Assembly (NCBI RefSeq): GCF_006345805.1
Contig: NW_021834244.1
Span: 1-51,050, forward strand
Length of the DNA stretch: 51,050 nt
From: Octopus sinensis
Taxonomy: Eukaryota
Direction: 5' to 3'
A model generated the notes under the pieces. That model did no database searches, had not been told where the DNA came from, and saw nothing but the letters and a program-made list of their open reading frames with translations. Position 1 is the first letter of the stretch; the number at the start of each line of letters is the position of its first letter. Shown here in pieces: positions 13,558-25,338 of this stretch. Both the position numbers and the translations under genes were made by a program.

Positions 13558-14341
13558 CTAGTAGTAGTAGTAGTTTTACTGCTGGTGACGGTAGTGGTGG
13601 TATTGGTGCTAGTGTTGGTGACGGTGGTGGTGGTATTGGTGGTAGTGTTGGTGACGGTGGTGGTGGTGGTGGTTGTGGTGATGGCAGTAGTGGTGGTGAG
13701 GTAGGTGGTGGTAGTTATGGTGGAAGTGGTTGTGGTATTAGTAGCAGTGGTGTTGGTGATGCTGTTGATGATGGTGATAATAGTGATGCTAGTCATGGCT
13801 GTAGTTGTGGTGACGGCTGTGAAATTGCTGATGGTGGTGGCGGTAGTGGTAGTGGCGGTGGTGGCAATGGTGGCGGCGGCAGTGGTGGTGGTTGAAAGTA
13901 CCGCAGGTTTAGTAGTTTCGTCGTTATACAATTATACTGTTGTTGTTGTTGTTGTTGCTGTTGTTTAACCCTAGGACAGACCCGATCAGATGTCATTGTT
14001 CGTGGTTCTGGTGGTGATGACTGTTCTGACGATGTTATGGGTGTTAGCGTCGATGGTGGTGGTCGTGGTAATAGTCGTCATCGTCGTTGTAGTAGTGGTG
14101 GAGGTAGTGGTGGTGGTGTTGGTGGTGGTGGAGGTGGTGGTGGTGGTAGTGGTGGTGGTGGTGGTGGTGGATGTAGTGGTTTTGTTGTGTCAGTGGTTGT
14201 GGGTGGTGCAATGGTGGGTTCGTTATTGTCGTTGTTGATGGTATTGTTGTATGGATACCGGTAGATGTAGCTGCGAAGTGACGGTCGCGCTAGATGCTGC
14301 TGCTGTAGTAGTAGTAATAGTAGTAGTAGTAGTAGTATAGA

Positions 14342-14373
<32 letters not shown>

Positions 14374-14910
14374 CAGTATTAGTAGTTAACTGCTTGTGAC
14401 GGTAGTGGTGGTATTGGTGCTAGTGTTGGTGACGGTGGTGGTGGTATTGTGGTAGTGTTGGTGACGGTGGTGGTGGTGGTGGTTGTGGTGATGGCAGTAG
14501 TGGTGGTGAGGTAGGTGGTGGTAGTTATGTGGAAGTGGTTGTGGTATTAGTAGCAGGTGGTGTTGGTGATGCTGTTGATGATGGTGATAATAGTGATGCT
14601 AGTCATGGCTGTAGTTGTGGTGACGGCTTTGAAATTGCTGATGGTGGTGGCGTAGTGGTAGTGGCGGTGGTGGCAATGGTGGCGGGCAGTGGTGGTGGTT
14701 GAAAGTACCGCAGTTTTAGTATTTTCGTCGTTATCAATATACTGTTGTTGTGTTGTTGTTGCGTTGTTTAAAACCCTAGGACAGACCCGATCAGATGTCA
14801 TTGTTCGTGGTTTGGTGGTGATGACTGTTCTGACGATGTTATGGTGTGTTAGCGTCGATGGTGGTGGTCGTGGTAATAGTCGTCATCGTCGTGTGGTAGT
14901 AGTGGTGGGG
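13305..14910. repeat. Tandem duplication of about 800 bp (two copies)
   Basis: Unique anchors recur at an offset of about 800 bp: gataccggtagatgtagctgcgaag at 13452 and 14254; ccctaggacagacccgatcagatgtc at 13969 and 14774. Confidence 0.9.
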
Positions 14911-15725
14911 TAGTGGTGGTGGTGTTGGTGGTGGTGGAGGTGGTGGTGGAGGTAGTGGTGGAGGTAGGTTGGAGGTAGTGGTGGTGGTGGTGGTGGAGGT
15001 ATTGGTGGAGGTAGTGTGGAGGTATAGTGTGGAGGTAGGTGTGGAGTTAGTGGTGGAGGTAGTGGTGAGGTAGGAGTGGTGTGGTGGTGGAGGTATTGGT
15101 GGAGGTAGTGGTGGAGGTAGTGGTGGTGGTGGTGGTGGAGGTAGTGGTGGAGGTAGTGTTGGAGGTAGTGGTGGAGGTAGTGGTGGAGGTAGTGGTGGTG
15201 GTGGTGGTGGAGGTATTGGTGGAGGTAGTGGTGGAGGTAGTAGTGGTGGAGGTAGTGTTGGAGGTAGTGGTGGAGGTAGTGGTGGAGGTAGTAGTGGTGG
15301 TGGTGGTGGAGGTATTGGTGGAGGTAGTGGTGGAGGTAGTGGTGGTGGTGGTGTGGAGGTAGTGTGGAGTAGTGTTGGAGGTAGTGGTGGAGGTAGGGTG
15401 GAGGTAGTGGTGGTGGTGGTGGTGGAGGTTTGGTGGAGGTAGTGGTGGAGGTAGTGGTGGTGGAGGTAGTGTTGGAGGTAGTGGTGGAGGTAGTTGTGGA
15501 GGTAGTGGTGGTGGTGGTGGTGGAGGTATTGGTGGAGGTAGTGGTGGAGGTAGTGGTGGTGGAGGTAGTGTTGGAGGTAGTGGTGGAGGTAGTGGTGGAG
15601 GTAGTGGTGGTGGTGGGTGGTGGTGGAGGTATTGGTGGAGGTAGTGGTGGAGGTAGTGGTGGTGGAGGTAGTGTTGGAGGTAGTGGTGGAGGTAGTTGTG
15701 GAGGTAGTGGTGGAGGTAGTGGTGG
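14900..15725. repeat. G-rich (GGAGGTAGTGGT)n-type compound repeat
   Basis: Directly visible. Confidence 0.92.
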
Positions 15726-17604
15726 TGGTCGTCGTCGTCGTGATAGTGGCGCCGGTTGTAAGCCTTGCTATATCGGCTTAATGTTGTTCTTGTTGCTGCT
15801 GTTGTTGTTAGCCTTATCCCCGCCCCCACCCCGTGATTTTTGATCGATCAAACCCTTATTTACTTGTAGTTATTATCGTTATTGTTGCTGTTGTTGCTGC
15901 TGCTGCTGCTATTATTGGTTGTTGTTATGCTAGTGGCGGCGGCGACGGCGACGACGACGGCTGCAGTTGTGAATATGATTGATTGATGTGAGATAATGGT
16001 GGCTGCTGTGTTTGTTGTTGAGCCCCAGGTCAGCCCCCGGTGGATCACATCTATGATTATTATTTTCCATCGTTCACGGTGTTCGTTATTGCAGGAGGAT
16101 AGGTTGGTTGGAGTTGGCGGAGGTGAGAAAGTTGGTGGGGGTGGCAGGGGAGGTGGTTGTGATGCTAGTCTTGGTGGTAGTGGAAATGGTGATGGCGGTG
16201 TTGGCTGTAGTGGTTATGGTGGTTGTGGCGGTGGTGGTAGTGTTTGTGGTAATGTTTGTGGTAGTGGTGGTAGTGGCGGTGGTGGTGGTAATGGTTGTGG
16301 TTGTAGTAATGATGGTGGTGGTGGTGTTTGTGGCGGTGGTGGTGGTAGTGTTTGTGGTAATGTTTGTGGTAGTGGTGGTGGTGGCGGTGGTGGTGGTGGT
16401 AATGGTTGTGGTAGTGTCGGTGGTAATGGTGTTCGTTGTAGTAATGATGGTGGTGGTAGTGGTGGTGGTGGTGGTTGTGGTGGTGGTGGTGGTGGTTATA
16501 GTATCTTAAGTGGTGATAGTGGCGTTAAAGTTGGTGGTTTTGGTGGTGGTGGTTGTGGTGGTGGTGGTTGACTCTGGACATTAGACTTCACTTAGTATTT
16601 ATCTTGTATGTGTGGTGGTGGTGCTGGGGGTTGGGTTAGCGTTGCTGATTGTGTTGGTAGTGATGCTGATGACGATGGTGGTGTTGGTGATTGCAGTGGT
16701 TGTAGTGGTGGTGGTGTTAGTGATTATAATGGTGTTGACTCTGGTCATTAGACTTCAGTCGATGTTGGTTTTGTTTTTTTTTTGTCTTTTTTTGTTATTG
16801 TTCTTGTTGGTTGTGGTGACCTAATTAGGTTAACAATTTGACCTGATTCGATTGCCCCACGATCAAAAGCTTCTAGCTCTGACCATGATTGGACAGGACA
16901 TTGTGCATCTCAAGAGAGCTCTTTGGTCAAGGCGAACCTTGGGTTTCTTGCACCTGGAAAGTTCCTTTCGAAGAGGCAGGCCTGGACAAGTATTTCTCTT
17001 TCCATAGATAAATGGCAGTTGTCTATGCATGCAAGCAATCTCCTCCTCACACCATAATATTGTCCAAGGGGCAGATAATGCCTGAACCAGCCTGACACTA
17101 TTATTATTGCAGTGGTGACCCTAAGAAGGAAGAGAGTACGGACAGGTACCACAAAACAACTTATCCGACGCTCCACCGATTCCTACATTCCATAACCGTA
17201 AAGTGAGACTTTATCTATTCATTGGCCCTGAAGCTATAAAATGCAAATTTGACCTTGGTGAGGTTCGAACTAAAATCACTTAGAATCGTAACACATGCCG
17301 TCCTGGTTTCTATTCAACACTTTCGCAAATCTGCCAATTTGCTGCCCATCTAAAACTTCTACACTATTTTATATCACTTCTGGTCTAAAATTGTAGAACG
17401 TTATGGGGGAATTAGCTGCTATTTCTTGTAGGTCGAAAAACTACATAGATGCTCCCACACTGGTTTGTGTGAAATATTATTGTTTAACCCCAAGAGATGT
17501 CCTGATCCAGTAGATACAGGGCCAGGAGCGATCCAATAGTCATTATGATTTCCCTCCTCAGACGGAATGCCTCGGGAACTTCATTATTAAACGATTCTTT
17601 CGTT

Positions 17605-17730
17605 TTAACCGTTTGAGCCCGTATCACCGGTTTACCGGTGGCTGGCTTATTTTTCTCTCTAACGTGTCACCGGGGGAGTGCCAGGTATATGGTCAAATAA
17701 GATTCAGGAGGTAAGAGCTCAAAGGGTTAA
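17605..17730. mobile_element. piggyBac-like MITE (coordinates include the TTAA flanks)
   Basis: Left end TTAACCGTTTGAGC and right end GCTCAAAGGGTTAA are 13/14 complementary. TTAA duplication followed by CCC is the piggyBac signature. Confidence 0.6.
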
Positions 17731-18851
17731 GAAGAGAGCTCACTCTTCCTAGCTGGAGTCACCAAATGAAAACCTGGGAAGCTGGAGTGATGGGGGAGAT
17801 CCTTGAATTGAATTACACGTTTGGGGAGTAAACAGACCTTTAAAAAGTATCTGGTTTCAGTGAGAAAATTCGATTAATAAAATACTTGATGCTAACAAGA
17901 ATAGGAACCATATAGAGCAAGAGATTAGGCTGCTATATCTAGCAGGTTATTGCGCTCTTAGAGTCTTTCTAACACATTCATATGATTGGTCGACGTCGTC
18001 GTCGTCGACGTTGTTTTGTTGTTGTTTACATCTGGAACAGACCTGTTTATAAACAAACATATGATCAGAGGCATCCCAGTCATGACAATCCCACATTTCT
18101 CCCACAATGGACAGGAAATCAAAGACTACATTATCTACCGTGTCCTTTTCAAGACAATACGGACGTACTTAGAGAGAAATTTGGCTGCTGTTTCTAGAAG
18201 ATCGAGGGACCACGTAGAGAGCCTCAACTGGTGCCGCAAAAGCATTTTCTGGCATTTCCTCTACGTTGTATGGATGATAATGTCGTTATTGTTGTTTCTG
18301 CTGGTGGTGGTGATGGTGGTGGTGGTGGTGGTGGTGATGGTGCTGGTGGTGGTGGTGGTGGCGATGGCGGCGGCGGCGGCGGCGGCGGCGGTGTTGGCGG
18401 TGGGGTGTTATTGTTGATGTTATACCCCTCTCTGTGGACCTTCATCGTTGTTGACGTTTGATGAGAGCATTTCCAGCCATGACCATCACATCATGTTTGT
18501 TTAGAATTAAATGGGGGGAGGGGGGAAATGAATCCAGTTCCTTGTTTCAAACCTTATGGTACAGTTTGAGAGATGTTTGACTGCTGTTTCTAACATGCAA
18601 TTAGCCATGAAAGATTTCCATTCTTGGTTTGTTGTTGTCGTTGTTGTTCTATCATCAGTAATAGTGTTGACGATGATGATGGTAGTTCTACATGTAGCCA
18701 TGGCAACTGTCTTGTTGTTTTGTTGTTGTTGCTGCTGCTGTCGTTAGGGTAGTGGATAAATGCTGTAGTAGTAGTAGTTGTTGTTGCTCTTTTAGCAGTA
18801 GAAATTGTTGTTGGTACTATTGCTGTTCATGTTATGCTTGTTTACCGATCT

Positions 18852-19362
18852 CCTGGGGGCACCGCCTAGAAGGGTTTAGTCAAACAGATCGACTCTTCCC
18901 GCTCCCCTAGTCTGATACTTATTCTATACGACAGTGTTTGCTGTACTGCAAAGGTACGGGGGCGGAAACACACCAACACCGGTTGCCAAGCGATAGTGGG
19001 AGACAAACACAACACGCACGCGCACACACTCACACACACATACATACAGAGTGATACACACACACATGCACACAGTGTGACACATACATACACACACACT
19101 CACACATACAGTGATACACACACTAACAGTGAGACACACACATACACACAACAAGAGTTTAATCGAATGTAGTGATCTCGTATCTAGTTCTTAAGCCGGG
19201 CACTTTTTCTATCAGTCTTTAACTGAATCGCGAAATCTTCTCGCAAGACTTTGGTTGGCCCAGAGGCTGAAGTAGAAGAATGCTTGCCCAAGGGGCCATG
19301 CAGTGGGACTGAACCCGGAATCATGTGATTGGGACTCAAACTTCTTACCACACAGCCAGGCT
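18852..19362 (-). mobile_element. Decayed SINE family B (one or two merged copies)
   Basis: 3' module (gcaccgcc...atcgac...tacttattctat), a (CA)n spacer and the head (cagtgggactgaacccggaatcatgtg...cttaccacacagcc). Confidence 0.7.
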
Positions 19363-19552
19363 AAACAGCATTCCTATTCCAAAATTTCTTAGTCTACCAT
19401 TTTCATTATAATATCACCCTTTCATTACCCTTCATGTTGTGAGATGAAGAGACACGACTGCTGTTTCTAGCAGGCGGAAGCAACACGTACGACCTCAAAA
19501 TTTCAGTCACCATTGTTGTTATTGATTTTTTCCTTCTTATTGTCGCTGTTGC

Positions 19553-19583
<31 letters not shown>

Positions 19584-20077
19584 CGTCGTCGTCGTTGTCG
19601 TGGTCGTCGTCATCGTTGTGATGTTTATTATGGTGGCGTTGTCAGTAGTAACGATATTGTTGATAATATTCGAAACGTTAAACTACCAACTCCTTTGTCT
19701 CTATTCTCTCCAACTGTCAACTATTTTCTTTGGCCTGCCAGATCTTTAATTGTCTCAATTGTTTTCTAATGTACACTTTACAATATTATTTCTTCTTTTC
19801 CTTTCTTAATTTTAAACATTTTTGAAAATATTTTCTCCGGGTATTCTCTTTCTTTCATTTTTTGTTTTCTTCTTTTTTTCTTAAGTCCCAGGTTAGTCTT
19901 TGGTTCAACAGACCCATCATCAAGGCTATTAAAATCTTCAAACAATATTACCATTTATTTATTTATTTAATTTATTACTTATTTGAGATCTATTGTGAAT
20001 TTTTCATCCATTACAAGATGGCTGGCAATCTATCTACCTACCTATCTATTTATCTATCTATCTATCTATCTATCTAC

Positions 20078-20129
<52 letters not shown>

Positions 20130-20130
20130 A

Positions 20131-20167
<37 letters not shown>

Positions 20168-20223
20168 TGATCTGTTTGTCTGTCTAACTATCAATCTTTT
20201 ATTTATCTACCATTCTCTCTTTT

Positions 20224-20268
<45 letters not shown>

Positions 20269-20296
20269 CTCTCTCTCTCAACAGACACACATATAT

Positions 20297-20465
20297 AGGC
20301 GCAGGAGTGGCTGTGTGATAGAAGCTTGCTTCCCAACCACAAGGTTCCGGATTCAGTCCCACTGCGTGGTACCTTAAGTAAATGTCTTCTACTATAGCCT
20401 CGGGCCGACCAGCGCCATGGGAGTGGATTTGGTAGATGGAAACTGAAAGAAGCCCGTCGTATATA
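20297..20465 (+). mobile_element. SINE family B, 5' half only
   Basis: ggcgcaggagtggctgtgtg (A-box-like), ggattcagtccc (B-box-like), ...actgaaagaagcccgtcgtatat, then microsatellite; 3' half absent. Confidence 0.85.
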
Positions 20466-20468
20466 TGA

Positions 20469-20504
<36 letters not shown>

Positions 20505-20507
20505 ATG

Positions 20508-20546
<39 letters not shown>

Positions 20547-20549
20547 ATA

Positions 20550-20606
<57 letters not shown>

Positions 20607-20785
20607 TGTATGTATGTGTATATGTATGTATTTATGTATGTATAAAGGTAAACCCTTTGCAGAATGCTAGGCAAAGCTCATCCGCAGCTAGTGGCTATCT
20701 GATGTAATCATTGAGGGGAAATTCTCCTCCAACTGGATATATATATTAGGAATTCCATATCATCTGTAGAGTAACACATCTGACT

Positions 20786-20930
20786 GAAATTGCAAGATAA
20801 TCTAAGAACTTACTTAAACAATACCTGAGGAAGCGCATTTTACACCTTGGATGTAAGATTATGGTTGCACTACATATCACCTATGTACTAAAGCTGTAAG
20901 TATGCGTCGAAACAATTGTAGAGATTTCAA
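20786..20930 (+). ncRNA. Candidate type-I hammerhead ribozyme with an extended, branched helix II
   Basis: CTGAGGA 20825-20831; helix II GCGCAT/ATGCGT; GAAAC 20909-20913; palindromic helix III ACAATTGT; cleavage triplet GTA 20918-20920. Helix I is imperfect and there is an A-C pair at the base of helix II. Confidence 0.55.
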
Positions 20931-22231
20931 ATAAAAAAGTCGTTAATTCTATATTTTCTATGATTTATGTATGTATGTGTCGGAGAGAAATGTCTTCTCA
21001 TATCAGATATCTCCTGATATCTGTTAAGACTATTGAAAAGGTTGCAAGACGAACGAAAATTTTTGGAAAATAAAAATAAGAAATAAGTGGAAATTTTACC
21101 GGTGAGTATGTTATATTATAAGGCACAAAAAGAAAGTGACTTTCCCCAGACACAACAGAATGTGCTTCAATACACGAACTCATATAAAGAATCTTGCAAA
21201 CCAAATCCCAAAACGAAATATAACTTTGTGTGTGTATATATTAGATAGATAGAGAGAGAGGAAAAGACAGGAAAGACAGAAAGAGAGAGGGACAAAGAGC
21301 CTTATTGTATATAATGCTGAGGGAAAACATATTTTTTTTTACGTGAATCATACAGAATATATAAATGAAAATTTTACTTCATTCAATATACTACCATTCA
21401 AATGATCGGAAATATAAGCAGATGACCTATTTAAAGAACTTCATGGTTATATATTAATATGTACTGAGAATGTTGAGAGATGTTCTTTGATCATTTATTA
21501 GAAAGACAGAATGGACTAAACAGAAATGGAGGAGGCACATGTGATGGAGCGTCACAGGATGTGTAACGAAAGAATTCCAGAGAAAGGACTTAAGATAAGA
21601 ACAAATCATAAATCTGAAATGAAAACCGAATACATAGTGCATATGTTTATTTGGCAAAAAATTGGCCGTCCTGAAATATAACAATATTCTCTTATAATAT
21701 CCTTTCAAAATTGTTCTTTGTAAGAAGTTCTTAAGTACTATCTATCTGCAGGGTTGCTCCCTTGATCGGAAGTGCTATCAATTGTTAGTGCTATCAATTG
21801 CACATTATCACAATCTCTCGTACTTCAACTTTGTTGTACAAAGATTCTTAGTGCACAGTGGATTGGGTGGTTGTCACTGCCCCCGCCGCCGCCACTGTTG
21901 TTATATCGATTGTATTGTGCCTTTGAAGATGTGTGCTTCGGTTTGTAAATTCAAAAATCCTGTCACAAGTTTTTTTGTTCTCTGTGATTAATATGTAGTA
22001 TTTGGGTACCAAAGTTTCTGTTATTATATTTTCTTCAATATAGATACTTCAAAGGATTGACACATTTATAAATCTGAGGAAAATGACTTTAGATACTAGA
22101 AACTAACTGAAGAAAAAGTAAGTCAGGAAGCAGCCATTTTGGAATTGATGAATTCACCATTCGTTTGTGATGTGAACAAAAGATAAATTGAGACACCGCA
22201 CCGAGAAATCGAAAAGCGTTTAAAATAGAAA

Positions 22232-22563
22232 TAAAAAGGAGCACTCCGTCGGTTGCAACGACGAGGGTCCCAGTTGATACGATCAACGAAACAGCTTGCT
22301 CGTGAAATTAACGTACAAGTGGCTGAGCATTCCACAGTCACGTGTACCCGTAACGTAGTTCTCGGGGAGATTCAGCGTGACACAGAGTGTGACAGAGCTG
22401 GCCCTTTGAAATACAGGTACTACTCATTTTTGCCAGCGGAGTGGACTGGAGTAACGTGAAATAAAGTGTCTTGCTCAAGGACACAACGCGTCGCCGGGAA
22501 TTGAACTCACGACCTTACGATCATGAAATGAATGCCCCTAAACACTAAGCCACGCGCCTTCAC
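22232..22563 (-). mobile_element. tRNA-derived SINE family D (distinct from A and B), apparently full length
   Basis: Minus strand: gtgaaggcgcgtggcttagtgtt (A-box-like), gagttcaattccc (B-box-like), then gtgtccttgagcaagacactt, a motif typical of the region after the tRNA part in many metazoan SINEs. Confidence 0.8.
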
Positions 22564-23276
22564 TAACATAGAGATATAACAAAATCGAGAGAGGACTGTT
22601 GTACCATGTCATATGAAGAGAACTCGTTGTTGAAGCTTTAAAACTGAAGCAACGCTTAATTCCCAATTCTCAAAGATTTAAGACGTAATTGAGATAACAA
22701 CTTTTTAATCGACGTTCTGTTAGTCTACGACTGATAATCTTTAGTCATAAGTAGCTGACCACATCGTCAGCTACTTATGACTAAAGACTAAGAAGACTAT
22801 GAAAAGTAAATCTTATCCATTTTCAACGACTTAACAGTTGTTAGTAAATGAAAATCTTTTGTTAATTCTATTTATTCGATCAAATTAATCCTTTTACTGA
22901 GACAAACAGATATATACGCTCAATATTTCATTAGCCTTTACTGCAGAAAGCTGTTTTATACACCAGTCTGTAAAGAAAAAGTAATGCTACTAAATACTAC
23001 AGAAGAAAAAGTAATGCAACTAAATACTGAAAAAAAATGTTTCTACTGTTTTACAGATTCTAGCAATATTAATAATAATATTATGTCGAGGAATGTCGTG
23101 TTTGAAACAATTTTCTGTTGAGATATGTAAAGGATTACTGAGGCAACGTGACTCGCAAAAAATACCACTTCTAATTTATTGTAGGTATTTCATATAATTA
23201 TTACAATAACCATGAAATTTAACTTCGCAATTAATGGGTTAAGAATGCTGAGCAAATGCTAAATTATATTCTCCTA

Positions 23277-23660
23277 GGCCTAGGAGTGGCTGTGTGGTAA
23301 GTCGCTTGCTTACGAACCACATGATTCTGGGTTCAGTCCCACTGCGTGGCACCTTGGGCAAGTGTCGTCTACTATAGCCTCGGGCCGACCAAAGCCTTGT
23401 GAGTGGATTTGGTAGGCGGAAACTGAAAGAAGCCCGTCGTACGTATACATATATGTGTGTGTGTTTGTTTGCCCCCTCCCTCCAACATCACTTGACAACC
23501 GACGCTGGTGTGTTTATGTCCCTGTCATGTAGCGGTTCGGCAAAAGTGACCGATAGAATAAGTACTAGGCTTCCAAAGAATAAGTCCTGGGGTCGATTTG
23601 CTCGACTAAAGGCGGTGCTCCAGCATGGCCACAGTCAAATGACTGAAACATGTAAAAGAG
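23277..23660 (+). mobile_element. SINE family B, full length
   Basis: Head, short (TG) spacer, 3' module and gtaaaagag tail. Confidence 0.88.
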
Positions 23661-24140
23661 CAATGCCAGTTGATTTACTGGCAGGCCGTAGTTTACGACC
23701 ACAAATGTTCCAGGTGATATTAATACTGTAAAAACGCATCTGATTTTACAGGTGGAATGAAAAGTCGGGCTGTGTAGTAAGGTATGCTAAAAGCACTAAT
23801 GGTGGTAAACTACCTCCTTAGGTCATGTTCAGAAGGAAGCACTACAAAAATGAGCCAAATGTACCATTAATACTACTGTTTGTGTTAATGACAGATGGCT
23901 GGATGTGCAATAATATGGCTGGATTGTAAATGTATTTGGGTTTGACATCGCCTTAATAATGCTCTGCGAAAACCAAAATCAACTCAAAATGAATTCTTTT
24001 CGAGACCATTTTCCAGATAACGTAAAAACGTGGTCTGCAAAAGTTATACAAAACCTGTTATCATTTTCGAGGGGTTAACAAGCATTTAAATGCCACTAGA
24101 CATCTACAGAAAAGAACCTTTTGAACGAGAGCTTCTACGG
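23661..24140 (+). pseudogene. Fossil pogo/Tigger-type (Tc1/mariner superfamily) DDE transposase fragment
   Basis: Across frameshifts and stops it reads NEK...GGKLPP*VMFRRK...DGWM...W...MNSFRDHFPDNVK...VII.EGLTSI*MPLDI..KEPF. This is colinear with the pogo DDE_1 motifs GNEK, GGKLPP.VIFKRK, KGWM, LDSFR.H.T..VK, VIPGG.TS.LQPLDV..NKPFK. Confidence 0.75.
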
Positions 24141-24759
24141 TCCCTGGCAACACCATTTTGGGTGAGTGCGTGTCTTCTGCTATCCCATTCTCCCGTCGCC
24201 ACAACCACCACTACACAGACAAAACGAGGTCACCGCTCTTACGCCAATCAACATCACAAAATTTACGTAAACTTGCATTTCTCCAAGCTGTTCACTTCTT
24301 ACAATAATCCTTTGTGCCTGAAATATATAATAGTTTCTTATCTTGCTCTTTTCGCATTGTTAGAAGCTTCTTGTCTTCATTTTTCTTATTTTTCTTTCTG
24401 TATCAATTCTTGAGCACTTTATTTTGATGACCGAAGTAACTGGTGGTAATTTGTTCATTTGTCTTATATACACACGTTGTTGATAACGATGAGGAAATAT
24501 GAAAACAGTCAGTATTAATTAAAGCAGAGAATAGGGCAGAAAGAGTTCATACAATTTAACGATTTATGGTGTATCGCCAGTTTCACAGCGTTATATAGAT
24601 GGCGTTGCTGAATAATAGCTATAATGTAAGGCTGCGAAACTGACAATGCACCATCAATAGTTAGGATGTATGTATTTTTTCTAACACACTCACTCACATA
24701 TATAGGAGCACATACACCTCACAGACAAAAACGCACAAGTATACACGCACGCAGAAACG

Positions 24760-24798
<39 letters not shown>

Positions 24799-25289
24799 TC
24801 ATACATGCACAGACAAGGCGAATATATGAATATAATGTATATGAGCAACGAAAAACAATTCAAAATGGCCACGAATATGTGCGTTACGTAATATACGAGG
24901 TAACTTCTTATATAATCACACAGACACACAAACACACGTTTGTATATTTATAAAAAAAAAAGACATTGAGTAGGATAAAAGGGGATTCGGAGAATTATGT
25001 GGCTTTCATAGTAAGCTGTCCGTTCGAATTCGGCTATCAGATTACGTAGTAATCAATTACCTTCTTCAGTAATGTAATATGTTTGTATAATTGAAAATCT
25101 TGGAATCCAGAACCATAATTTTTCCGCCAAGAATGAAGCAGACATACAAACACACACACACACACACACATACATACACACACACACTCACACTCACACA
25201 CACACACAAACACACACACACAAACACACACACGCACATGCACACATACACACACACACAGACACATACACAGATAGTTAGATAGACAA

Positions 25290-25338
<49 letters not shown>

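Noticed and set aside
17986-18417. ORF with a hydrophobic end resembling an M4 helix
   Set aside because: It lacks the W...A.V.DR motif, overlaps a copy of the GCTGCTGTTTCTAG repeat and ends in a (GGT)n tract.
21500-21600. Possible RTE remnant (KQKWRRHM / RMCNERIPEK)
   Set aside because: Too short and split across frames to support.
22496-22563. tRNA gene calls for SINE heads (here and in families A and B)
   Set aside because: A and B boxes are present, but there is no complete cloverleaf and each continues into a SINE body.
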